This document shows, one piece after another, positions 20,937-29,347 of a DNA stretch of 64,000 bases (within the stretch, counting starts at the first letter, position 1; each line of letters opens with the position of its first letter). The notes under the pieces were generated by a model. It did not search any database. It had not been told where the DNA came from and saw nothing but the letters and a program-made list of their open reading frames with translations. A program made the translations under genes and the position numbers. The stretch is from the NCBI GenBank assembly GCA_032249135.1, contig JAVVGL010000003.1:32001-96000 (forward strand), in the 5' to 3' direction. This DNA is from Candidatus Calescibacterium sp. (GTDB lineage: Bacteria; Calescibacteriota; Calescibacteriia; Calescibacteriales; Calescibacteriaceae).

Positions 20937-22652
20937 TTATACTTTATGTTTTGGTTCAATTTTGACAAGCCTACCTTGCGGTAAGAAATCTATATCTTTC
21001 CCATTCCTTGCATACTCATATGGACCTCTTTCAACAATAGGAGCAAATGAGCCCCAATTGAGATGGGGAGGTGGAGATGGAGCAAGCCATTCCAAAGTTG
21101 TAGATTTCCAAGGATTTGGTTCCGTCTCTTCTTTTCCTGCAAAAATAGAATAGAAGAAAACAATTATAAAAACAACCTGTGTAGCGAGCAAGAGTATAGC
21201 AGAAATTGTCATAAGTTCATGAACCCACTGATATTTTTGAAGGTAACCAAATTCTAACGCAGTAGCATATCTTCTCGGATGTCCTGCAAGCCCCAAAAAG
21301 AATGCTGGAAATGCGAACCCGTTGTAAAAAATCAAAGTAAGCCACGCATGAATTTTTCCGAAAGTATCATTTATTCTTCGCCCAAACATTTTTGGAAACC
21401 AGTGGTAAATTCCAGCTATCGTGCTTAAAACTGCAATTGTAAAAACTGTGTAATGGAAATGACCAACAACAAAATATGTATCATGAAAGTATATATCGGA
21501 TGCTACCGCCCCTAATGGCAATCCTGTGAGCCCCCCTATTATGAACATAGCGAAAGCAAATGTAGCAAATAGCATAGCAGGAGTAAATCTTATTGAACCA
21601 CCCGCATATGTCAGTCCCATAGCCACAAGTGTCATGGAAAATGGAACAGATATAAGAACCGTTGTTATTGAGAATCCAGTAGCAGATAGTGGATTAATTC
21701 CTGCAACGAACTGGTGATGTGCCCACACAACAAAACTTAAAATTCCAGCAACAATTGTTGCATAAACAACTAATTTGTAGTTGAACACTGGTCTTCTTGC
21801 GTAAGTTGTTATAACTTCAAAAAGAATACCAAGAGCGGGGAAAAGTATAACATAAACCTCTGGATGAAAGAAGAACCAGAAAAGATGTTGCCACAAAATT
21901 GGGTCTCCGATTTTCCCTGCTTCAACCCTGAAAAAGTGAGTTCCCAAAATAATATCTAATAGAAGCATAATCGCACCTGCTATAAGAGGGGTCACAGAAA
22001 ACAAAAAGAGTAAAGAAGCTAAAACTTGCATCCAGACGAAAATAGGAAGTCTCATCAAACTCATACCTTTTGCTCTCAAAGTAAGAGCGGTTGTAATGAA
22101 ATTCACACCTCCCATAAGCACAGAAGCAAACTCAAGAGCAAGAGCCAAAATAAAAAGAACTGTTCCAAGATTTGCACCTAAAAATCTTTCAGGATCTGAA
22201 CTCAAAGGAGGATATACAGTCCATCCGCCAGAGAAAGCCCCACCTGGAACAAAAAATGAAATTATAAGTACAACAGAAGATAAAAAGAATGTCCAATAAG
22301 AAATCATATTAAGAGTCGGGAAAGCCATATCCCTCGCTCCTATCATAAGAGGGATAAGAACATTCCCGAATCCTCCGAGCAAAATAGGCATCGCAACCCA
22401 GAAAAACATTATTGCTCCATGATATGTGACAAAAGCATTATATTGGCTATCTGTTAAAAAACCGGGATGAGCCAAGTTTATTCTGAAAAAAATAGCAAGA
22501 GCTCCACCAAAAATCGCCATTATTACTCCTGTAATAAGATACTGCTTACCTATTGTTTTGTGGTCAGTAGAAAAAATATATTTTCTTATAAAAGACATCT
22601 CATGCTCTCCGGCTTCCACATGATGTCCCACAGCTGATGCAACTTGCGACAT
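20937..22652 (-). CDS. ctaD: haem-copper oxidase subunit I (A-family, atypical)
   Basis: DHK.IG, YHG, DMAFP.LN, GWTVYPPL, HPEVY, WAHH, HDTY..V.HFHY, PRRY. Confidence 0.95.
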   Translation of the reverse strand: MSQVASAVGHHVEAGEHEMSFIRKYIFSTDHKTIGKQYLITGVIMAIFGGALAIFFRINLAHPGFLTDSQYNAFVTYHGAIMFFWVAMPILLGGFGNVLIPLMIGARDMAFPTLNMISYWTFFLSSVVLIISFFVPGGAFSGGWTVYPPLSSDPERFLGANLGTVLFILALALEFASVLMGGVNFITTALTLRAKGMSLMRLPIFVWMQVLASLLFLFSVTPLIAGAIMLLLDIILGTHFFRVEAGKIGDPILWQHLFWFFFHPEVYVILFPALGILFEVITTYARRPVFNYKLVVYATIVAGILSFVVWAHHQFVAGINPLSATGFSITTVLISVPFSMTLVAMGLTYAGGSIRFTPAMLFATFAFAMFIIGGLTGLPLGAVASDIYFHDTYFVVGHFHYTVFTIAVLSTIAGIYHWFPKMFGRRINDTFGKIHAWLTLIFYNGFAFPAFFLGLAGHPRRYATALEFGYLQKYQWVHELMTISAILLLATQVVFIIVFFYSIFAGKEETEPNPWKSTTLEWLAPSPPPHLNWGSFAPIVERGPYEYARNGKDIDFLPQGRLVKIEPKHKV

Positions 22653-22672
22653 ATACTTTCACCTCCTTTCCA

Positions 22673-23404
22673 TTATTTTTTAGCAAATTTTTCTTCAAAA
22701 TCTTTTAATACAGAAACTTCATAGGGAGCTCCCTCAATCCATTTTTTATAATCTTTTTCGCTGAGCACAACAAGGTATGCTTTCATTCTGTAATGCATCT
22801 CACCGCAAAGTTCGGCACAAGCTATCTCATACACACCCGTTTTCGCCGGCTTGAACCAAAGATGTGTCTCCCTTCCCGGAATAGCATCATACTTTATTCT
22901 GACATTTGGGATAAAGAGAGAATGTATAGTATCTCCTGATGTAAGTTTTACAAAAACATAATGATTTTCAGGAACAACAAGGGCATTCCCTAAATTGAAG
23001 TCATCCGAGGTTCCAAATTTTCCATCTTTTCCCGGATATTGGAATGTCCAGAAAAACTGCCTTCCTATAACTTTTACCTCTACAAACTTTTCTCCTTTAT
23101 CAACAACCTCTTTTTTTATCTTATCAACGGGTCTTATAAAGAAAATAAACCATGCATAAGTTGATACAAAAAGTAAAATCAAGTCAAATATAATCATAAC
23201 AAAGTCTATATAAACAACTTTCTTGAGTAAGGGAGGAACATCTTGCAAAGGAGTTGGATTTTTGCTTCTTCTGAACCGCCAGAGCATGTAAAATAAAATT
23301 GCAAAAGATACTATACCTATTATTACCGCTCCACCTACGGAGATTTTTATGACCCTATCAACGAGGTATCCATGCTCAGATATATCAATTGGTAACATAC
23401 TCAT
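22673..23404 (-). CDS. ctaC: cytochrome c oxidase subunit II (CuA)
   Basis: Two TM helices, QFFW.F.Y, DTIHS, CAELCGEMHYRM. Confidence 0.93.
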   Translation of the reverse strand: MSMLPIDISEHGYLVDRVIKISVGGAVIIGIVSFAILFYMLWRFRRSKNPTPLQDVPPLLKKVVYIDFVMIIFDLILLFVSTYAWFIFFIRPVDKIKKEVVDKGEKFVEVKVIGRQFFWTFQYPGKDGKFGTSDDFNLGNALVVPENHYVFVKLTSGDTIHSLFIPNVRIKYDAIPGRETHLWFKPAKTGVYEIACAELCGEMHYRMKAYLVVLSEKDYKKWIEGAPYEVSVLKDFEEKFAKK

Positions 23405-24489
23405 TCACCTCCTTTTTTTGCACTTAAATTTTTATTTTCAAGGTAAAGAACATAGGAAACTAAATCCCATATTGTTTCATCTCCGAGATGTCCCCAAGGA
23501 GTCATAGTTGAACCAGCTATCCCCCTTTTTATTGTAAGGAAGACATATTCTGGTTTTCCTCGTCTTAAAGGTTCTTTTCCGAACCATCTTGCTTTCACCA
23601 CTTGAAACTCTTCACTCTTTTTTCCTTTTTTATCAAATTTATACCACGCCAAAGGTTGTTCTATTGGTTCTTCTCCTTTTTCTATATTTCTGTGGCACGC
23701 TACACACACAACCTCAAATTGTTTTCTTCCCCTTTCAATTCTCTCATCTGACATAAGGTCAGGAGGTGGAGTTGGGAGTTCCAATTTTTTCGGTTCATAA
23801 AATTTCCATCTTGGATTCAAAGATTTCATATATTCTAAAATTGCATCAAGTTCTTTTTCTTCAAGCATAGGAAAACCTGGCATAGGAGTTCCCGGAAGAC
23901 CTTCAACTATTATTCTTTTTATTTCTTCATCAGGAGCGAACTCACCAGTGTAATCAGAGGCAAATTTGAAAACGACTTTACCTTCCCTATGATATTTTCC
24001 TGTAAAATCTCGAGCGTATATTGGGTCCCCTAAAAGAGTTTTTAGACCTTCTGGCGTTATTGGTAATGAATCTCCTTCTCTCCCGTGGCAAGTTGCACAC
24101 CAGTTTTCAAAAAGTTTTTTTCCATAACTTACTTTCTCTGGATTTGGCTCATATCTTATAAAAAGCTTGTCAAATAGATTTACTACATCTTCCATTCCAG
24201 AAGATAAAGCTTTTGCCTCATTTACTAATTTGTTGTTCTCATCACGCGGGAGATTTTCTTTGAGCTTTTCGGCCAAATTTTTTAGCTTATTTACTTGATC
24301 ATTTTGCTCCAACTCGTTTAACTTACCAAAAATTTCAGAAACAACGCTTTCCCTATATCTTTTCTCTATTTCAGAACTATCTAATCTTATTTCTGAAACT
24401 AGATATTTTGGTTTTCCAAAACTTCTATATAAAGCAGGAACACCTATTGAAAATATTGCTATCAAAACACCTACCAAAATCCCCCTCAT
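23401..24489 (-). CDS. membrane-anchored dihaem cytochrome c
   Basis: N-terminal TM, CATCH...GTPMP, CVACH...GSTM; ATGA overlap with subunit II. Confidence 0.88.
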   Translation of the reverse strand: MRGILVGVLIAIFSIGVPALYRSFGKPKYLVSEIRLDSSEIEKRYRESVVSEIFGKLNELEQNDQVNKLKNLAEKLKENLPRDENNKLVNEAKALSSGMEDVVNLFDKLFIRYEPNPEKVSYGKKLFENWCATCHGREGDSLPITPEGLKTLLGDPIYARDFTGKYHREGKVVFKFASDYTGEFAPDEEIKRIIVEGLPGTPMPGFPMLEEKELDAILEYMKSLNPRWKFYEPKKLELPTPPPDLMSDERIERGRKQFEVVCVACHRNIEKGEEPIEQPLAWYKFDKKGKKSEEFQVVKARWFGKEPLRRGKPEYVFLTIKRGIAGSTMTPWGHLGDETIWDLVSYVLYLENKNLSAKKGGE

Positions 24490-24764
24490 TTTTTTACACT
24501 CTTCTTTTATTCTTTACAAAATTAATTTCACCTTCAAACTTTTTCAAATTTACAGCTTTTTTTAGAAAGATAATTCTTTACTGATCTGAAAAAAGGATAA
24601 TTTTTCTTGAAAATATGATTTTTGAAACTTTTTTCTAAAACAAAAAAATACCTAAAACAAAATAATAGCTTTATGAAAAATTTTTCTATTTGGGGAATAT
24701 AGGACAGAAGATTTTCTTTTCACACTTTGAAAACAAGTCCAAAAAATCAATAACTTATTTTGTG

Positions 24765-26057
24765 ATGAAGCTACCAAAAGTTGAGTTCAGAAAAACTGAT
24801 GATATCCTTGAGGTGTACTCACAAGATGCATCAAGATGGTATAGGGTAAAACCTCTCGGAGTATTTTTTCCGAAAAATTTGGAAGAAGCTCAAAAATGTG
24901 TTGAATTTTGCTACAAAAACGGGATTCCTATAACTCCAAGAGGAGGGGGAAGCGGTCTTACAGGAGGAGCAGTTCCAGAAAATGGTGGAGTTATAATATC
25001 AACAGAAAAAATGAAAAATTTTTCAGTTGAAGAAGGATTTTTTATATCAGAAGCAGGAGCTATATCAGGAGAAATAGAGAAGGAAGCGAATAAAATTGGT
25101 TATACTTTACCAGCTCAACCATCAAGTCTTAATTTTTCAACAATAGGAGGAAATGTTGCAACAGATGCAGCCGGTTTGAGATCAGTAAAATATGGCTCCG
25201 CAAGAGATTACATTCTGGAACTTGAGGTAATTTTACCTGATGGCAAAATAAAAACTTTCGGACCAGAAGAATCTCAATTCTTTGCTGGATCTGAGGGAAC
25301 ACTCGGAATTATATCAAAAGTAAAAATGAGGTTGGTAAAACTTAAAAAGAGAAAGACTTTTGTTTTTCTATCAGAAAATTTGAAACAGGCAATACAATTT
25401 TCGCTTGAACTCCTTAAATTTTTACCATCCGCTCTTGAATTTGTAGATAAAAACGGAGGTAAAATAGTTGATGTTGGAAATGGAGACTTTTACATCATAA
25501 TTTCAGAATTTGAGGAAGATTTTGATGGTAAAATAGATCTTATTCAGAATGAACTTGCAAAAATAGCATTGGAGTTTGGTATGAAGATAGAAGAAATAAA
25601 AGATATATGGGAAAGAAGGAAAAAACTCGGTCCAGCCCTGTCTAAAATAAGACAATTCAAAATAAACGAAGATATCGTTCTACCAATATCAAAAATTACT
25701 GACTTCGTTGAATTTGCAAGAAAAAAAATAGTAGAAGAAGAAAAAATAAACTGTGTAATCTTTGGACATATAGGAGTTGGAATTTTACATACAAACCTTC
25801 TTTTCGGAGGAGGAGAAGAAAAGGACGCAGAGAAAGCAAAAAGAGAAATTTTTGAGTTTGTAATTTCGCAAGGCGGAGCTATAACAGGAGAACACGGAAC
25901 AGGAATATCAAAAAAAGATTTCATTCAAAATGAACTCGGGGAAGAAACCCTGAAATTTATGATACATTTGAAAAACAAAATAGATCCAAAAAATATTTTC
26001 AATCCAACCAAACTCCCTTTACCAAAAAGAGGATGTATAGATACAACGGTAAAATAA
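24765..26057 (+). CDS. FAD-linked oxidase (GlcD/D-lactate dehydrogenase family)
   Basis: RGGGSGLTGG, TIGGNVAT, GSEGTLG, GEHGTG, DPKNIFNP. Confidence 0.9.
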   Translation: MKLPKVEFRKTDDILEVYSQDASRWYRVKPLGVFFPKNLEEAQKCVEFCYKNGIPITPRGGGSGLTGGAVPENGGVIISTEKMKNFSVEEGFFISEAGAISGEIEKEANKIGYTLPAQPSSLNFSTIGGNVATDAAGLRSVKYGSARDYILELEVILPDGKIKTFGPEESQFFAGSEGTLGIISKVKMRLVKLKKRKTFVFLSENLKQAIQFSLELLKFLPSALEFVDKNGGKIVDVGNGDFYIIISEFEEDFDGKIDLIQNELAKIALEFGMKIEEIKDIWERRKKLGPALSKIRQFKINEDIVLPISKITDFVEFARKKIVEEEKINCVIFGHIGVGILHTNLLFGGGEEKDAEKAKREIFEFVISQGGAITGEHGTGISKKDFIQNELGEETLKFMIHLKNKIDPKNIFNPTKLPLPKRGCIDTTVK

Positions 26058-26073
26058 CAAGTAAAATAAAAAA

Positions 26074-26105
26074 GGATTGGGGGATAAGATAAAATCCCCC
26101 AATCC
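26074..26105. terminator. probable bidirectional intrinsic terminator
   Basis: 12-bp stem GGATTGGGGGAT/ATCCCCCAATCC between convergent genes, flanked by A and T tracts. Confidence 0.85.
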
Positions 26106-26112
26106 CCATTTT

Positions 26113-27381
26113 TTACCTCCCAAATAGTTGCAGAACGAGTTGTGGAGTGAGTCTTGAAATAGCTATCATAGCAGTTGCACTCTGCTGCACAACCTGCAAC
26201 GCAGTCAACCTCAATGACTCCTCATCAAACTTCGTGTCTATTATCGCTGACCTCTGCGTCGCTGCCTGTATCTTCTGGTCTAACACCTGATCATTCGCTG
26301 CCCTCATCAAACTCATCGCCGCCCCTATCACCCCCCTCACCTTCTCCACATAATTTATCGCCTCATCTATCAACTTCACCGCCGTCTCTGGCGCTACCCT
26401 CAGATCAAATGTGAACAACGTCCCTCCTCCTAACGATGTCTCTAACAAGTTCTCTGGCTCCAAGTTGGGAACATTAAACCTCACGTAATCCAACTCACTC
26501 CCTACATTCATTCCCCTGAACACCTTCACCTCCTCCCTCTTGACCGTTATCACAGCAGATATCTGAGATGATGCTCCAAAACGAACATCATCTACAAACA
26601 CCCTGAATCCTAAGTTCTTAAAGTCCAATACCTGCGCACCCGTGAATGTTATACTTATCACCTCTGTAAATACTGCTGAACCGCCAATATACAACACCGC
26701 AGTCGCCAATCCCGCTCCACCAACAGTAAGAAGAACAGAAGCTTGTCCATTCAAAGCCACTGAGTTCGTAAACATCGCTCCCGGAGTTCCATTCCCTATA
26801 ACCGTCACCAAGTTCGCAACCGTCGTATCAGCTAATGAACCTGATGCATATCCCGCCAAGTTTATCCCACTCACATCAAAGTTCCCTATGAACAAGGTTG
26901 TAGTAGTTGTACCGCTCAGAGTCAGCAATACAGTTGCAGGTGCTATCATCCTATTCCCTAATCCACCCCTCAGAAGCTGAGCCTCCTGAAACACCGTCGT
27001 TCTCACTAACTCCCTTATATCCAAGTATAACCTATCCGTCGCTGCCTGCAATTCTGCCCTCTCAGCTGGGTCGGTAGCTACAACAGCTCTCAAAGCGTTT
27101 TCTCTCATTTGATTGAGGATGTCGTGGATTTTCTTTACTGTTTCCTCCATATTCTGGAGTATTGAGTCAGCTCTTGTAAGTTGCTCAGAAGCTATCTCTA
27201 ATGTTCTAATAGCTCTTGTGAGGATATTGCCTTGGATAAGAGCTCCTACATCCTCGGCTGCTGAGTTTACCCTCAGACCTGTTTGGAGGCGCTTCATCAC
27301 GCCCCCAAGCTCTACTGTAACACGCCTTAGATCCTCTGATCCTATTAATCCTTGTATGTTTGTTAAAACTGGTATTGCCAT
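26113..27381 (-). CDS. fliC: flagellin (copy A, 422 aa)
   Basis: RLQTGLRVNSAAED N-domain; C-terminal S.I.D.....E...LT..Q..QQ...AM....PQ.VL.L. Confidence 0.9.
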   Translation of the reverse strand: MAIPVLTNIQGLIGSEDLRRVTVELGGVMKRLQTGLRVNSAAEDVGALIQGNILTRAIRTLEIASEQLTRADSILQNMEETVKKIHDILNQMRENALRAVVATDPAERAELQAATDRLYLDIRELVRTTVFQEAQLLRGGLGNRMIAPATVLLTLSGTTTTTLFIGNFDVSGINLAGYASGSLADTTVANLVTVIGNGTPGAMFTNSVALNGQASVLLTVGGAGLATAVLYIGGSAVFTEVISITFTGAQVLDFKNLGFRVFVDDVRFGASSQISAVITVKREEVKVFRGMNVGSELDYVRFNVPNLEPENLLETSLGGGTLFTFDLRVAPETAVKLIDEAINYVEKVRGVIGAAMSLMRAANDQVLDQKIQAATQRSAIIDTKFDEESLRLTALQVVQQSATAMIAISRLTPQLVLQLFGR

Positions 27382-27390
27382 GTCTTTTCA

Positions 27391-27423
27391 CCTCCTTGCT
27401 TTTTTATTTTTTCGCCTCCTTGC
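27391..27423 (-). promoter_or_regulatory. tandem GCAAGGAGG leader motifs (putative CsrA sites; the proximal one is the RBS); also at 29243-29275
   Basis: GCAAGGAGG at 27415-27423 and 27391-27399 on the minus strand. Confidence 0.5.
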
Positions 27424-27583
27424 TGCTGGGGGTGGTTTTTAGGTCTTTCACCCCTACCCCCAGAAACTTTCAGCCAAGAGGCAATATTAAATATAATCAT
27501 TCTTTTTTTATTTTTCCAGAGAATTGAAAGTTTTCTCCCGCTGAAAATTTCTTTTTTATATTTTTGTGAGATTATTTTGAGAG

Positions 27584-27659
27584 TGGTGGGTAGGGGCGGA
27601 ATCGAACCGCCGACCTTAGGATTTTCAGTCCTACGCTCTACCGACTGAGCTACCTACCC
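27584..27659 (-). tRNA. tRNA-Phe (GAA)
   Basis: 76 nt, GGGTAGG/CCTACCC acceptor stem, TAGGA-CTGAAAA-TCCTA anticodon arm, GGTTCGATTCC, encoded CCA. Confidence 0.98.
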
Positions 27660-27848
27660 ACCTTCAAGAGAGAAATTTCTTTTTGTTCCAAGAACTCTCA
27701 AAAAATGCTTTTCTCTCCTTATTTGAAGCTTTGACCTGTAATGCTGATGCCTCCTCAAAAGAGGAGCAACATTTAGCTCAAAATCTTTTTTCAATATTTT
27801 CAGAGCTCTTTCAAGATTTCCTTTAACCTTTACCACAGGTTTCATCAT
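27654..27848 (-). CDS. rpsU: 30S ribosomal protein bS21-like
   Basis: 64 aa basic protein, V.V.GNLERALK..KK......LRR..HY.....RR.K pattern; divergent. Confidence 0.6.
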   Translation of the reverse strand: MMKPVVKVKGNLERALKILKKDFELNVAPLLRRHQHYRSKLQIRREKHFLRVLGTKRNFSLEGG

Positions 27849-27917
27849 ACTTTAAAAATAAAAATAAAAATGGAAAAAATAGTTTTGACTGAAATATTTA
27901 AAGAAATAAGAGAGAAG

Positions 27918-27938
27918 GGGGGAGTGAAATACTCCCCC
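27918..27938 (-). terminator. probable terminator of flagellin copy B
   Basis: GGGGGAGT/ACTCCCCC stem followed by a pyrimidine tract on the minus strand. Confidence 0.7.
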
Positions 27939-27961
27939 ACCTCTTAAAATGAGATAAATTG

Positions 27962-29233
27962 TTATCTTCCACCAAGTAGTTGTAGAACGAGTTGTGGGGT
28001 AAGCCTTGAAATAGCTATCATCGCCGTCGCACTCTGCTGTATCACCTGCAACGCAGTCAACCTCAATGACTCCTCATCAAACTTCGTGTCTATTATCGCT
28101 GACCTCTGCGTCGCTGCCTGTATCTTCTGGTCTAACACCTGATCATTCGCTGCCCTCATCAAACTCATCGCCGCCCCTATCACCCCCCTCACCTTCTCCA
28201 CATAATTTATCGCCTCATCTATCAACTTCACCGCCGTCTCTGGCGCTACCCTCAGATCAAATGTGAACAACGTCCCTCCTCCTAACGATGTCTCTAACAA
28301 GTTCTCTGGCTCCAAGTTGGGAACATTAAACCTCACGTAATCCAACTCACTCCCTACATTCATTCCCCTGAACACCTTCACCTCCTCCCTCTTGACCGTT
28401 ATCACAGCAGATATCTGAGATGATGCTCCAAAACGAACATCATCTACAAACACCCTGAATCCTAAGTTCTTAAAGTCCAATACCTGCGCACCCGTGAATG
28501 TTATACTTATCACCTCTGTAAATACTGCTGAACCGCCAATATACAACACCGCAGTCGCCAATCCCGCTCCACCAACAGTAAGAAGAACAGAAGCTTGTCC
28601 ATTCAAAGCCACTGAGTTCGTAAACATCGCTCCCGGAGTTCCATTCCCTATAACCGTCACCAAGTTCGCAACCGTCGTATCAGCTAATGAACCTGATGCA
28701 TATCCCGCCAAGTTTATCCCACTCACATCAAAGTTCCCTATGAACAAGGTTGTAGTAGTTGTACCGCTCAGAGTCAGCAATACAGTTGCAGGTGCTATCA
28801 TCCTATTCCCTAATCCACCCCTCAGAAGCTGAGCCTCCTGAAACACCGTCGTTCTCACTAACTCCCTTATATCCAAGTATAACCTATCCGTCGCTGCCTG
28901 CAATTCTGCCCTCTCAGCTGGGTCGGTAGCTACAACAGCTCTCAAAGCGTTTTCTCTCATTTGATTGAGGATGTCGTGGATTTTCTTTACTGTTTCCTCC
29001 ATATTCTGGAGTATTGAGTCAGCTCTTGTAAGTTGCTCAGAAGCTATCTCTAATGTTCTAATAGCTCTTGTGAGGATATTGCCTTGGATAAGAGCTCCTA
29101 CATCCTCGGCTGCTGAGTTTACCCTCAGACCTGTTTGGAGGCGCTTCATCACGCCCCCAAGCTCTACTGTAACACGCCTTAGATCCTCTGATCCTATTAA
29201 TCCTTGTATGTTTGTTAAAACTGGTATTGCCAT
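27962..29233 (-). CDS. fliC: flagellin (copy B, 423 aa)
   Basis: Same protein as copy A except V/I and the FGR vs LGGR terminus. Confidence 0.9.
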   Translation of the reverse strand: MAIPVLTNIQGLIGSEDLRRVTVELGGVMKRLQTGLRVNSAAEDVGALIQGNILTRAIRTLEIASEQLTRADSILQNMEETVKKIHDILNQMRENALRAVVATDPAERAELQAATDRLYLDIRELVRTTVFQEAQLLRGGLGNRMIAPATVLLTLSGTTTTTLFIGNFDVSGINLAGYASGSLADTTVANLVTVIGNGTPGAMFTNSVALNGQASVLLTVGGAGLATAVLYIGGSAVFTEVISITFTGAQVLDFKNLGFRVFVDDVRFGASSQISAVITVKREEVKVFRGMNVGSELDYVRFNVPNLEPENLLETSLGGGTLFTFDLRVAPETAVKLIDEAINYVEKVRGVIGAAMSLMRAANDQVLDQKIQAATQRSAIIDTKFDEESLRLTALQVIQQSATAMIAISRLTPQLVLQLLGGR

Positions 29234-29320
29234 GTCTTTTCACCTCCTTGCTTTTTTATTTTTTCGCCTCCTTGCCACCCAGCCCAGAAAGTTGAACTGG
29301 GGGACAAATTCAAAATCTAT

Positions 29321-29347
29321 ATATCGTTTTTTTCTTGAATTAGTTTA
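29321..29347 (-). promoter_or_regulatory. putative sigma-28 (FliA) promoter of flagellin B
   Basis: TAAA-N15-AACGATAT versus consensus TAAA-N15-GCCGATA(A/T). Confidence 0.6.

Larger units (their letters stand above)
26192..29275. repeat. ~1.23-kb direct repeat (26192-27423 and 28044-29275)
   Basis: Sequences match at a constant 1852-bp offset, including 42 nt of 5' leader. Confidence 0.92.

Noticed and set aside
27426-27500. c-di-GMP riboswitch in the flagellin A leader
   Set aside because: A stem with a GAAA-containing loop is present, but the GEMM two-hairpin consensus could not be matched by eye
26175-28832. Ser/Pro-rich and other plus-strand ORFs within the flagellin genes
   Set aside because: Antisense shadows of G-rich flagellin codons; they are duplicated only because the flagellins are
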